The notes under the pieces are model-generated. The model was given only the letters and a program-made list of their open reading frames with translations, was not told where the DNA came from and did no database searches. Shown one piece after another: positions 25,202 to 38,730 of a stretch of 64,000 nucleotides of DNA. Within the stretch, counting starts at the first letter, position 1. Each line of letters opens with the position of its first letter. The stretch spans positions 1,302,001 to 1,366,000 of the forward strand of contig NC_089434.1 of assembly GCF_026210795.1 (NCBI RefSeq), in the 5' to 3' direction. A program made the translations under genes and the position numbers. Source of the DNA: Rhizophagus irregularis. Its lineage: Eukaryota.

Positions 25202-26812
25202 TACCTTGAAACAAAATAATAGTAATTTATTAGGAATGACAAAGAAGTTACAAATAATTATAATAATAAAGAATAATCCTGAAAGTTAAAATATTTTCTC
25301 AAAATGTCGATTGTTATTTTCGTAATATTTAAATTTTAACGCTTAATGATTCAAATAATTACCGTATATCGTGTGAGCGAGTTTATTTGCATTATTACAT
25401 GAATACGTGGAATTAATTCAAGTTTATATTCAATAATAATTTAACGATTTAACTGAGATCCATTGCATAAAAAGAGACATCTAAAAAACGCAGAAAATTT
25501 TTCTGCGCCGCCGAATTTGTTCGTGGAGAAAGTAATATCGTTTATCGCTTTGTATAACAAGTCGGACTTAACGTTTTAATTCATAAATACTAAATATTTT
25601 ATATATGATTACTATAATTTACATATTTACAACTTTTACAACATTTATTACTTGCTTGTGATTTTCAAATATTAAGATTATAACCACCAATTATATGAAA
25701 CAAATAAATACTTTAACAATGCAAATCATTAAAATAATATTATTATTCGGATATTTTGTTAAATATATAATTCGATTGCCGATTCTACACCCTGGGTTAC
25801 AGAAAGTTAAATTAATATCATGTGTTGATATTGAGCACAATTTCTATTGAAGAAGACCACGTGTTATTCGTACTGTAAATTAAAATATATTTAATATGGG
25901 AAATAAGCGGAATGAATGAGGTGCAAAATGTCTATATTTAGTTCGGCCAAGTTTACACAGTCGATCCTCTCATGATTACAGCGACGATTAATCTGCAATT
26001 TTTTATTGTCGTATAACGAAATTGCTCAAGTAAGAGTTAAAAGAGTGTTACGTGATACTACATTAAATATAAAAGATACCCTTGTCCCATTTTTTTTATT
26101 GTTTAGACGTGTTGTTTTTGCGATTTCTACGTCGATTTTTTTTTTTTTTTTATTTTGAATATTTTGAATATTCTTTTTGTAACATAATCAATCTTTTTAA
26201 TTCCCACGCCATTTCCATAAAAGGTAAATTATATAATACTTGGCATTAATTTAATATCTTTTAATCTTTTTTTTTTGTTTTTTTTATTTTTATTTTTATT
26301 TTTTTTTAAAAAAAAAATAAATAAATAAAAAAAAAATAATAAATAATTTTCATTTTAACTGATATAAACCAATAATTTTTTTGTAGATTCTTTACCCCTT
26401 TTTTAATCCCATTTTTTTTTAAAAAAATCCCATTGGTTTATTTAAGAAAGTTTAAAAAAAAAATTTAAATTAATGCAATCCATTAAACGGAAATTTTAAT
26501 TTTTTTTTTTTTTTTAGTTCGTTTTATAATACTTGGGAGTTTATTATCAGATTTTTTACTTTCATTGTTTACAAAAGGTAAATATATATTTATATTTATA
26601 TTTATTTATTATTATTATTTTTTTTTTTGTATGTTACTATTGTAACCGTTTTCTAATATATATATATATTTCTTATGACGCTTGATTTAATTGGATAGGT
26701 AAAAATTTATTGTACATATATTGCATTATCGAAAATAATTTATAATTTAAATCGATTTCTAATTCTCTTTATCCTACAAAAAACAAAAGAATATCAATCA
26801 CTTTAGTCACAC

Positions 26813-28014
26813 ATGAATAACAACGACAACGACAACAATAACAACAACAACAACAACGACAACAACGACAATGATGATAATACCAAAAATAATGAAAATA
26901 CCAAACCACATTTTATCACATTTCCTTACGAAATAATAGTTGATATTTGTCGATATATAGACATATATTCTTTACGTTCATTAGCAATATCATGTAAAGG
27001 ACTCGTATTCGTTCAACGGTATCCTCCATTATGGCGAAACATTCATTTTACAACTCCTGAGGAACATAAACGAATTGAAAAAGAATATTTAAGTAATTTA
27101 CAATATATTTCATCAATTCCACAAAAATTACGTAGAATTGATGATAAATGTATTAAAAATTTAATTAATATGCTTAAAAAATATAATTTATTAGATGCTG
27201 TTAATACTATTAATTTAGATTTTACAAGTATAAATTGTACTTCTATCTGGGAATCAATTAATGGCTTTCCGAATTTAGAAGAAATAAGTTTAAGAGGTTG
27301 TTCTTGTTTATCCCTTCGTGAATTAGGAACCGCTTTAACATGGTTTGAACCTTTTCAACCTATATTAAAATTAAATAAATTAAGGGTACTTTGGTGTAAG
27401 GATATGGATACGAGATCACTTATGTCTCAAAATCTAAATATTGATTCTGGAGTTTCTTATTATAAATTTGTTTATGTGGAACTTAGTAGAGCCTTAAAAA
27501 CGTTAAATACTGAAAATTCTATTCAACTTGATATCGGTATGTTAAATTTTTTTTTTAAATATATATATATAACATTATAACATTAATCATTATTTCACAC
27601 CCCTCCCCCAAAAAAATTGTTTTTATATAATATTAATCACCCCCTTTTTTTTTAGATCTTTGTAAGAAATGTAGAGAAAATATAACATTTACTATGGAAT
27701 GTGGGAACTGTCTTATACAAAATAATTTTTGTATGAGTTGTGATTTAGATAAAGGATGTTTAGAATGTTACACTTTTTATTGTAATGAAGAAAAATGTTT
27801 AAATTCTTCAAATAGAATAATTAAAGAATGTGATATTTGTCATGTTGATGCATTAATTTGTAATTCATGTCCTCAAAAATCTTGTTATAAATGTAAGGTA
27901 TTCTCTTGTAGAAGGTGTCAACAAACTACTGAAAGATGTAAAGATTGTGATCATTATTTTTGTAGACAAATTTGTAAGCATTATTGTACTAAAAAAACTT
28001 ATTTTCTATCGTAA
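26813..28014 (+). CDS. F-box protein with LRR-like middle region and Cys-rich C-terminus
   Basis: F-box-like FITFPYEIIVDICRYIDIYSLRSLAISCK..LW; LRR-like FPNLEEISLRGCSCLS. Intron 27537-27655 joins in frame to a CxxC-rich exon ending at 28014. N/D-rich N-terminus; two probable 5'UTR introns (~26224-26386, ~26578-26698). Confidence 0.85.
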
Positions 28015-28916
28015 AAGAAAAAAAAGAAAAAGAAAAAGAAAATGGGATTTTAAGAAAATATGATACGATAAAAAATATTAGATTATATGTAATATTATGT
28101 ATTAGTTAATGTAGTTTATGTATTAGTTAATGTAGTTTATTATGTATAGTTATTTAGTTATTTAGTTACGTAGTTATGTACAGTAAGTTATGTAGTTATG
28201 TATAGTTATGTGGTTACGTGATTATGTGGTTACGTAGCTTTTTTTTTAAAAAAAAAGTGTGTGTACGTCACGTTAGATTCTTATAATTCTTCTGTTTTTA
28301 TTTATTGGTAAAAATTTAAAAAAAAAGATTATGTTCAAAAAAAAAAAATTTCACAATTTCACAATTTCACAATAAAATTTCTTTTAAAACAAATTTGTAT
28401 CATTGAAACTTGAGCGAAATAAAGTCATTACTGCAAGAATTTAAAATAATGCGTTCGTTATCTAACTAAATAAACTAATCAATAGATAAGCCACGCCATG
28501 AAGAAATTTCCAATTTTATGAATTTCATGAATAGAAAAGAGATACAATAAAAATGATTCGTAATATTTACATATTTACAATATTTACCAACGCTGATCGT
28601 TTATCCTACATTTCCTATTCCTATTTATTTGATCGCGTGATCTATGTTGTATAAGGAGGTCTTCTTTAAACATGTCATCATGATGCTAATCAATTTACTG
28701 GCCCTATAGATGTTCCAAATATCTTACTTTTCTTGCTATATATCGGCATTTGATATTCGCCGAGAAAATCTTTGATACGATTAGGTGCTGCGTATTGCGT
28801 AGCTGTATTAATCTCGTGATTCTCGTCACATGCTTAACATCACGTGCCTCAACAAATTTTGGCGCAGTATCATGTTTGTTGACGAATGACGAAAATACAT
28901 TTATTACAACATAATT

Positions 28917-29073
28917 GGGGACTGGTCTAGCAAAACAAGGGATTTGGTCTCAAAAAAAAATTTTTAAGTTTATATGATAATTATATGTCAATTTTACTAA
29001 AAATTACAATTATAATAAAATCTCAAAAAAAATTTTTTTGGTCTCAACCCCTTGTTTTGCTAGACAGGTCCCC
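28917..29073. mobile_element. MITE with ~25-bp TIRs, flanked by AATT
   Basis: GGGGACTGGTCTAGCAAAACAAGGG ... CCCTTGTTTTGCTAGACAGGTCCCC; AATT on both sides. Superfamily not assigned. Confidence 0.8.
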
Positions 29074-30198
29074 AATTATTACTTATTTATAATATAATTG
29101 ACTCATGAGAAAGTTAAAACATTACATAATATCGAAGACCGATATCCCTCTCCAATTAGGAATACTGCAGTGACGAATAGCGCTACTAATACTTATTTGT
29201 TGTATATAAAAAATCTGCAATTGACTCATGCCAAAAGTGTTTTTTTTTTCTCATGATGTGATAAAAGGAATATGCGGGATTTTAATTACCAATATTTTTA
29301 TTAGACATCCAATATTGAAATCCTTTACAATACAACTAAATCATATAAGAAAAAGTTTATTACGTCTATATTTGATATCTTGTATTACAATTAAAAATAA
29401 TATAAAAAGATCATTTTTTTTCTTTTTTTTTTAATAATATAATCTTTATTATTATACCTTACTTCAGAATATATTCACTTATAATATATTCAATTCAAGT
29501 TATTTCATTTTCCTTATAAAAAAAGCCTTACATTCCATCTTTTTTTCCGTAAAAGGCTCAATTAATATCACTTATATCACGGAATTTTTTATCGAATTAT
29601 TTACATTTTCCGTGAATGGTTCCGTGAAAGGCTCATTTTTACGAAGTTTTTACAGAAATAACGGATAAAATTTTTTTAAAGAATTTGTGCTGCTTCTGAT
29701 CGATGATCCCGTAGTATCGCCATTTCCTTGTGATCTGACTCAACTTTCTGATATCTTTTCAGTTGAGTATCAATCAGACAAGTTGAAAAATGAAAATACA
29801 TTTCCATAAAATCAGACATAACATATTTATAGTAAGTATTACAAGTAAAATGTCCAATACAATTAATAATACGTGAAGTTATAATAGAGAACAAACTGAG
29901 ACTAAAAACATGAATCTGGTCATTGTTTCTAATTTGTCAATATAATAACAATCATAATTCTTATCCATTCAGTATCTATTTCTGCTTAACAAAAGAAACC
30001 AGTGACACCTTTAAATCTAATGAAAAATAATAAAAAGATTGAAAATATTCCAATTGGAAAATACATTTATTATTTATTTACAGTATAAGGCATGCTCAAA
30101 AGAGAAATGGCAAATGGTCAAAGTAGTCCCTGATGGGAATAGATATCAGTAATATGATAAACAGAACATTTATAATGGATATCTTTCATTGGGTAGTA

Positions 30199-30282
30199 TA
30201 TTCGCTCAGCCCCAAAAATCAACTAATTATCTTACCAGGTGGTGTCGAATTAAAACAAGGATTTTATCAATCATTATGTAGT
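30199..30282 (+). pseudogene. Short Argonaute linker-1 (ArgoL1) fragment
   Basis: IILPGGVELKQGFYQSL matches the eukaryotic Ago L1 motif L-x-G-G-x-E-x-x-x-G-F-x-Q-S. The flanks are not Ago-like. Confidence 0.6.
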
Positions 30283-31273
30283 TGTAAGGAGTGTAAATTA
30301 TGGTTAATAGAGAAGTATTATTAGAAAAGTCTAAGTTAGTACAGTATATAGACCCAAGTTTAATTCTTTAACAAATAGTAACAGATTATCTTTACTTATC
30401 TTTTAGCTTATTAGTAAAGTATTATAATTTTATATATAAGAAACTAGCAGCCAAATGAGTTTGACTAATAAAGTGTGTATAAAAAAAAATATCTCGGAAA
30501 TAAATTGTGATATGAATAAAAAAAATTTCTGATTTATATTAAATTATTGCCTCTAGTGTCAATTTGCGTCAGTTGATAACTGATATTCAACCTGACATGC
30601 ATCATTTGTTACAGTATAATTAAACATTAAATTAATAAATAAAAAATATTGTAAATTTGTAATCCTAAATATTAGATTGAACTTATGGAAAACTCTTCAT
30701 ATGTGTTACTAAATATTTGAATTGCTTCAAAGTAAAGGGTAAATTATAATGGGAATATACTACCCCTTTAATGTAATTCAAGATATAAAGATATGTTTAC
30801 CAATTAATGTGAGAATCTGTTAACAATTGCATTAATTACTTTATCTTAAAGATTACAAATAATTAGCCTAGTACTATATATTGCAAAGTCTTTCTGATGG
30901 ATTTAAATTTCACAAAAGTATAATTTGTACTCCTACTTTTAATTTTTAATTCATCAAGAGGGAGATCAGATATTTTTAAGAATCTCAACATTACAGAAGA
31001 ATAATACACTTGAGTTTGTTGTTTATGATTGTATTCTGCTAAATCTATAAAATTTATATTAAGATATAATTTGGCTTCGTCTGACAATAATTTACATTGT
31101 TAGAATTTTCAAGAATAAGGCGAGCGTTAACAAAAAGTTTTAAATTACAGTTGCAGGGGATATAGCATTATACACAGAAGAATGCAATACGTCTTGAAAA
31201 ACAATTCCAGGTTAGCATGCTTCTATGATTTATGTAACTGCAGTAACTACGCATGGAACTTAGTCTTCATATG

Positions 31274-31509
31274 ACTAGGAAACGGGAACCGTTGTAAGTC
31301 CGGAGCGAGGTATAATAAATAAAGATGTAGCGATATTCTACTAATTAGCAGCATAACGCCTTGGAATTCCGGTAATTTTCTGCTGATTAGCAGCATAACG
31401 CCTTGGAATTCCTGGACAGAGAAACTCACGTGATTGAAAATTTACACGTTATTTCCATAGATCATCATAGTGCGTAAACATATATAGTCCTTCGCTTCGC
31501 TCCGGACAA
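31274..31509 (-). mobile_element. Non-autonomous Helentron/Helitron2-like element, copy 3
   Basis: actaggaaacgggaaccgttgtaagtccggagcga...ggacagagaaactcacgtg...tatatagtccttcgcttcgctccggacaa; internal direct duplication attagcagcataacgccttggaattcc x2. Confidence 0.75.
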
Positions 31510-32644
31510 CTATAGAGTATAGACTTCGCCTCCGCTGTAATCAGCTTGCGACAGGTCCTCTTGCTATTTTTTGATGAACTTAAACTTATTAAAAATAAAT
31601 TTTACGTCAATGTATCAAGTCTAAAAAGAAGAGACGTATCAATTGAAGTCTTTACTTGAACTGAAGTGCAATCTTATGGAAAATGATAAGATAAACGCTG
31701 AAAATATATTTGCGATTTAAATGGAATAATGGAATACAATTCAGTGGCACCGATAATTAATAATTAATTTTTAGTTAGCAAATTCATTCCTTGTTATTTA
31801 GAAATCAATAAATTCACGGTACATATAGCTTACATTAGATTAAATTTGTTCGGTGGTAGAGAACGATATTTTACCTCGGCTACAATAGAATGGAATATAA
31901 TAAAAATAAAGGAGTAAAAGGTTGGTGATTGTTTACTGTGGTATCAATGTATCATATTTATATAATATTAGAACGAAATATTTTTATAATTAGCACCACA
32001 AAGTTATTGTTAAATAATATACATTCTCTTTTATAAAAAATTTTTTTTTTCAGTTCAGCATTGTAACTTAAAAGCTTTTTGGACTACAACACAATCATTT
32101 CCAATGTTAATCACAAAAACCCACTTTGCAAAGTCCACCGTTGTTTTAATTATTGAAGTATTTATAATTTGCTCAATATTTAATAAGGATAAATAATTTA
32201 TATTCGGTTTAAAAAAAAATTATACAACATGAATATCAAACAAATCAATTTTTTTTTACAACATTTTATGGCCTTACTAATTACTATAACGGATAATTTA
32301 AAGTCAACGGATTATCTAAGCAAAAAAAAAACCGGACGATAATCAGAATCATCGATTTATCGAATCACTATTCAATATCTTTGTTTAACCAAAAATGGCT
32401 TTATTTGATATCCTCGTGACATAATATTTACGTATGATAAAATTAAGTACCGATCTACAATTTATTTATCGCGTAACAAAAAAAAGTTTTGTTATCTGTT
32501 ACATTGTTTAACTTTTCAAAGAAAAATCTTATTCCTATTAAAGTAGTTTTATCTACTAATGGTTTAGAGAAAAAAATTTAATTTTTTTTTTAAGTATGGA
32601 ACTTCCAATTTTATTAATTTAATTTAATAAATTTTAATTTCATA

Positions 32645-34713
32645 ATGAAACTTATTCGTACGATATTTTTCTTTTCAATTTTATTCACTCATCATGTCAT
32701 AAATGTATTTTCTTACAAAGATTGGCTTAGTTTCGGTGGAACTGGTATAAATAATAATCGTAACGGTGATGAAGAGGAAATAATTTCTCCAATTAATGTC
32801 GGTTCTTTAAAGGTTAGAATTTCATGCTTTAATAAAAAAAAAATTAATAATTATTCATGTTTAATTTATGACGTCGTATTATAGGTTAAGTTTATTGTTG
32901 AGACAGGGAGTTCAGTTTCAGCTACTCCTGTTACTTTTCAAAATAATATTTATTTTCCTGATTGGTCAGGAAATTTATATTCGGTAAATGCACAAACGGG
33001 TCAAATTAATTGGGCTTATAATATATCACTATCATATATACCACAACCATCAGATCCGAGAGTCTTAAGTCGCACAACTATTGCAATAGATCCCGTAGAA
33101 AAATTATTAGTATTTGGAACTCAAGTTTCAGATAATGGTTCAAATCCTTATATCGTAGCTGTTGATCTTGATGGTAGACTTGTTTGGAGTACATTACTTG
33201 ATAATCATCCTCATGCAATTATAACACAATCTGCTACAATTTATGATGGTGGCGTATATGTTGGAGTTTCTTCAAAAGAAGAAGCAGCTTCATCAAGTAT
33301 ACCAAATTATCAATGTTGTACTTTTAGAGGAAGTTTTGTCAAGTTAGATTTAAAAACTGGTAATATTATTTGGAAAACTTTTATGTTACCTGATAACAAT
33401 GGTAGATCTGATTTATATTCTGGAAATGCGGTTTGGGGTTCTGCACCAGCAATTGATCCTGTAAATAAATTGGTTTATATTGCTACCGGAAATAATTATG
33501 AGGTATGACGATTGAAAAAAATTAAATAAAATTCAATGTAATTTATTTATCTTATTAATATTTTTTTTTTTATTTATTAAAGACTCCGAGCTATGTAGCA
33601 GATTGCGTAGCAAATGCTACGAATAGTGTAGATATGATGAAATGTCATGATCCTAATAATCATTTTGATGCTATACTTGCATTAAATATAGATACAGGAG
33701 AAATAGTATGGTCAAGAAAAACAGCAGGATTAGATAATTGGACTGTTGCCTGTGTTTTTAATCAAACGAATCCACAAAATTGTCCAACTCCGGCTGGACC
33801 TGATTATGGTAAATTTTATTTGATGTTTATTATGTTGAAAATTAAAATTTTGGGATACCGAAAATATCTTTTTTTTTCTTTTTTACAAAATTAGATTTTG
33901 GTCAGGCGCCCTTACTTGTTAATACATGTTATTCGTCTGGCGAATGCATTCAACTTGTTATTGCAACTGCAAAATCAGGGATTACATGGGCATTAAATGC
34001 TGCCACTGGCGAAATTATTTGGTCTACTAATTCTGGTCCCGGAGCCGTGGGTGGTAAGTTAAAATTAAGTAAAATAAAGCCGTTGATTCCAAAAGAAATA
34101 ATATTAATATGTACTTTTTTTGTAAGGCGGATCTCTATTTGGCTGCGCGTAATTATCTTTCATTGAATTTTTTTTTTCAAAGAATAATGTTTTAACCTTT
34201 TTTTTTTAAAAAAAAAATCTTTTTAAATAGGACTGATGGAAAAAGATACTTTGTATCACAAGCAAATGCTAATAATCTGCAATATGTATTGGATAAACCT
34301 GCACCAGGTAGTCCATCTACAATATATAGTGGTGCAATTGTGGCGCTTGATATTACAACAGGAGGAATATTATGGCAAACAGCAAATAAATTACAATCTG
34401 GCGGAACAGCTCCAATATCATATTCTAATGGGGTAGTTTATTATCCAAGTTACGATACTAATGGTACATTATTTGCTTTAAACGCTGAAACTGGTGAAAC
34501 TTTATTCGAATTTCAAACCATAGGAGCGCTTAATTGTGGTCCAAGTATTGTTAATGGTGTTGTATATGTTGGAAGTGGTTATGGTAAGTAAAATTTGTAT
34601 TTAATATGATATTTTAATTTTAAACATAAAAAAAAAAATTATTTATTGATTTTTCATTTTATTTTTTAGGTCAAGCGGTGAATAATAAAGTTTACGCTTT
34701 GGCTCCTTTGTAA
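32645..34713 (+). CDS. Secreted PQQ-type beta-propeller protein (polyvinyl-alcohol dehydrogenase-like)
   Basis: 7 exons (32645-32812, 32885-33502, 33583-33808, 33895-34053, 34127-34148, 34231-34583, 34670-34713) splice in frame. Signal peptide-like N-terminus; repeated A-L-x-x-x-T-G-x-x-x-W propeller motifs; CCTFRGS, GNAVWGSAPAID, IATGNNY, DYDFGQAP and GPSIVNGVVYVGSGY. Confidence 0.88.
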
Positions 34714-35839
34714 TCATAGTTATAGTTGATTATATATTGTATATTACTTATTTACTTTTATTGTATTGATAATAATGTATGATTAGATAATTAATTTACA
34801 TGTAAGCATCAAATTTAGTACTGTAATTAATAAAATCCATTAATTTTAGCGTGATCATCAGAAAGATTTGAGATTTATGATTCGAGTAAGATACCTAGTC
34901 ACTCACATAGTTATTTAATTTGTTTAAAAAATTTTAATTCATAAATAATGAAATAACAAACAATGAGTGCATTCACAAATTTAATTGAATTGGATCGAGT
35001 TGACGCCCGATATTCGCCAAAATCGATTTGGTTGCTCTGGTAATAGTTGCATTAGCTAATTCTCCTCGAATAACAGAAATAATATAAATATTATTTTTAG
35101 AAAAAAATTAGCTTTTATTTTTTGATACGTGAATAACTTTTAAATTTTGTTGATTGTTTATCACATGATATTAGATTGTTTCGACGAACTTTTCTTAATA
35201 TGTTTAGAAATCATCCAAAAAAAGATTCAACTTTTCATATATCAATTAATTAAAAACATAATTTTATAATTATTTAACGTACAGTTTCCAATAATTAATA
35301 ATTTAGTATTAAAAAAAAAATGTGTATATATATAATATAAGAATATATTTCCAACCTTTTCTAACAACGATCGATTTAAAAAAAATAATCAAAAAAATAT
35401 ACATATAACTTACGAAGAATTATCTATTTTCATTATATAATTTACCAAATAATAATTTTCCTTTTTTCATTTTCATTTTCTACAGATAAATCAATGGATC
35501 TTGGGTTAGTTTAAATCGATCCATTACTTTTCTTATGTATATGAAAATTTGTAAAGGGAAATCTCGTTAAAGAATCTCCTCTTATCATGGTTTTCTTATT
35601 AAAAAGAAACGATAAATTTAGTTATAACATATAAACATTTTCTTTTTTGTGATAATTTACATATTTAATAATTCGAATTGATTTATTATATAATTATTTA
35701 AATTACAAACTAAGAATCTTGTAAAATATTATTTTACTACTCTAGTCTTAGTGTTTAAATAATTCAAGATAAAATATAAATAAATGATAAAATCTTCAAA
35801 TATAATAATGATATCGTTAACTTATTGCCAAAGGAAAAT

Positions 35840-38260
35840 TTAAAATCCGTCTAATGAATAGATAAATACTAATTATTGAAAAATAAATACAAAAAAAAAT
35901 AATAAATATTTTTTTAAAGTATTAAAAACTTACCATCAGGAATTTCCAGATCATCTTGTTCTTTTGAATGAAGGTTTGGATCATTATATACATCGTCATC
36001 ATCTGTAAGAAATATTAAAAATTAGTATAAAATTGAAATTATTGTTACAAAATTTTCGCCTACCGTCAATATCACCAATATTTTGTCTTTTTGATTTTTG
36101 TTGAATTATTTCTTTTTCATCATCTAAATTTTTTAAATAAAAGCCACATTAAATTAATTGACAAAAGAATTATTTATTATTATTTTTTTTTTTACTTATC
36201 GTCATTATCAATATTTTTCCTTTTCATTTGTTGTTGAATTATTTCTTTTTCGTCATAATAATTTTTAAAATAAAAGTCACGTTATTTAATAAATGAAATT
36301 GCTATAATAAATTCATTTATTCACTTACTATTTGAATTTATTTGCAAATTTATAAATTCTTTGGGTAATTTTTCACTATCACCTAAAATAAGAGTGTAGA
36401 AATAGATCTTAATATTTAAATTTTTATTTTAAACAAATCATTTTAATTAATTATACTTGATAACTTCTTACTATACTGATTATTTGATCCATTAAAATCA
36501 TTAACTAAAAACAAATACCAATTTAATTAAAACCTATGTTATTATAAAAAAATTAAACAATGGTAACGTTAATAAATGCAGTACTTACTATTGTTAGGAA
36601 TGTTAAAGTCATACAATTTACTATGAAATGCTATTAGCAGTAAAATAAAGTATTTAAAAATTAAATTATTATAATAATTAAAATATGACAAGAAATTATC
36701 AATTATACCTTCTTGTTCTTCTATTATAATATAAATTCAAACAAAAGAGAACATTAATAATGTATTTTAAAATAAATACGTTCATTAATAAAATATTATA
36801 CACTTATACCTTCTGTTGCATTTCTTGGTTCGGGTAGATTTTCAAAATTGTGAATTTTACTTGTAAATAATCTGCTACTCGCATAATTTTCTTCTACTTT
36901 ATTCATTTCTAAATTATTTATTTCTGATTGGAATAATTCATCTGGCATATTTTGATAATATAAATTAATTTTCTGCATTTTTTTATTAAGTACATTAACA
37001 TCAGGCCTTTTTAATGGATCAGCATCCCAACATTGTACCATTAAATTTTTATATTCTAATGGAGTTCCTGGCACAATTTTTGGTCGTATACCATTAATAA
37101 TATTCATTACAATATCATTTTCATGTTCATAATTTATAAATGGTGGTTGTCCAGATGAAATTTCCCACATAAGCATTGCAATACTATAAATATCAGATGC
37201 AAAAGTATATTCTCTTCCAACAATAACTTCAGGCGCTATGTAAGGAAGATTTCCATATATACTTTTTGATGGTTTATCAGCAGGTCCACAAAATCCAAGA
37301 TCACTAATGCACCAATTATTATTAATTTGGAAATATAATATATTTCCAGAATGCAAATCTCTATGAACTGCATTCTCAAAATGAATATAAAAAAGTGCAA
37401 GAATTATTTCAGAAGCAATATTAATTCTTTCTTTCCATGTAAGTTGATTATGATTTTGTTGTAAATAATTTCTTAAATCTATATCCCTTTTTGTCATTAC
37501 AAGCATATAATTTCCATTTGATGGATTTTGTGTCAATCCATAACATCGAACAATATCTGCCCATTTATTACTTATAGTTAAATGTGATTTAGCCTATAGA
37601 AATTAAAATTTTTAAGTTATATAAAATACATTAAATTTTTAAATAGATTTATAATAAAATTATACAGACCTCTTCAAACCAACTTTTATTTGCACTTCCA
37701 ACATTTTCTAGACTTTTAAGTATTACATTTTCATCTCCAGATCTTATTAATTGTTGTTCCTTAATATCCCATTCATCATAATGTCCATTAATCCAACCTG
37801 CTGTATAAATTTCAGAAAATCCACCTTTTGTTAAATATTTAATATTTTCTAAATTACTATATGGGATCCATTCAACTATTCTACTTGGCGTGAGTGATTC
37901 CATTTGACATTTTTGTGTTAAATTATCAATATCATCATTTCCAGATGTCCAATTTGAAAAATTTTCTTCTAAATAATTTCGAACACAATATTCACAATAT
38001 AATGTAGCTAAACATTCTTGACTGCAATTCTCACAAATTCTTTTTGTACCAACATTATCCATAACTTTATTTCGATCATAACTTTTAGTTAATTTTCTTA
38101 TCGCATAAGCTTTTTCATCATTTGTAAGAATTTTATCAGCAAGTACTGTTTGTCGCATAAACTCATGTTGTTTGTGTATATCATCGTGAATACTAGTATC
38201 TAATAATGTAAATGCTTTGGTATTTGTTGTATGAATTAGCTCATATCGAAGAGTGGACAT
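35840..38260 (-). CDS. TKL-family protein kinase paralog 3
   Basis: ORFs 37649-38260 and 36796-37536 joined by an intron; HRDLHSGN, DLG, APE intact; micro-exon tail ending ..DDLEIPD|DGF-stop at 35840. Confidence 0.88.
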
Positions 38261-38580
38261 AATGTAATCAAGAAAGAATTATTTTTTTTAAGTTCGTTCA
38301 CTAACCAAAAACTCCGAGATAAATTAGTAAATGCAAATTGGTGATCAATACCCCCATATAAATTAACCTTGAGGCGCAGTATTTTACGCCAGACTACCCC
38401 AGGAAAAAATTCACGAAATGGCCCGTACTATGACATTCGGCTAAAATTAAGTAAGGAGTGCCGTTACTAGATTACACACATGATCCGGACGATTATTTTC
38501 AGTAATTATTATATTATTATTTACTTATTGATTAAAAAAAAGCTATTTTACCTATGAAAGTATAGTTATGCAAATTTATA

Positions 38581-38730
38581 CAGTCTAACCTCGATATACC
38601 GATATACCGATAAAATTTTATTTTCCCACTCTATGTGAGGACATATAAATATCGGTATAACTTTGATATAACGATATTTTCTAAAAATTTTATATATGTC
38701 CCGACATATCGTTATATAAAGGTTTGACTG
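38581..38730. mobile_element. Tc1/mariner (pogo-like) MITE upstream of kinase 3
   Basis: TA|CAGTCTAACCTCGATATACCGATA ... TATCGTTATATAAAGGTTTGACTG|TA. Confidence 0.82.
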
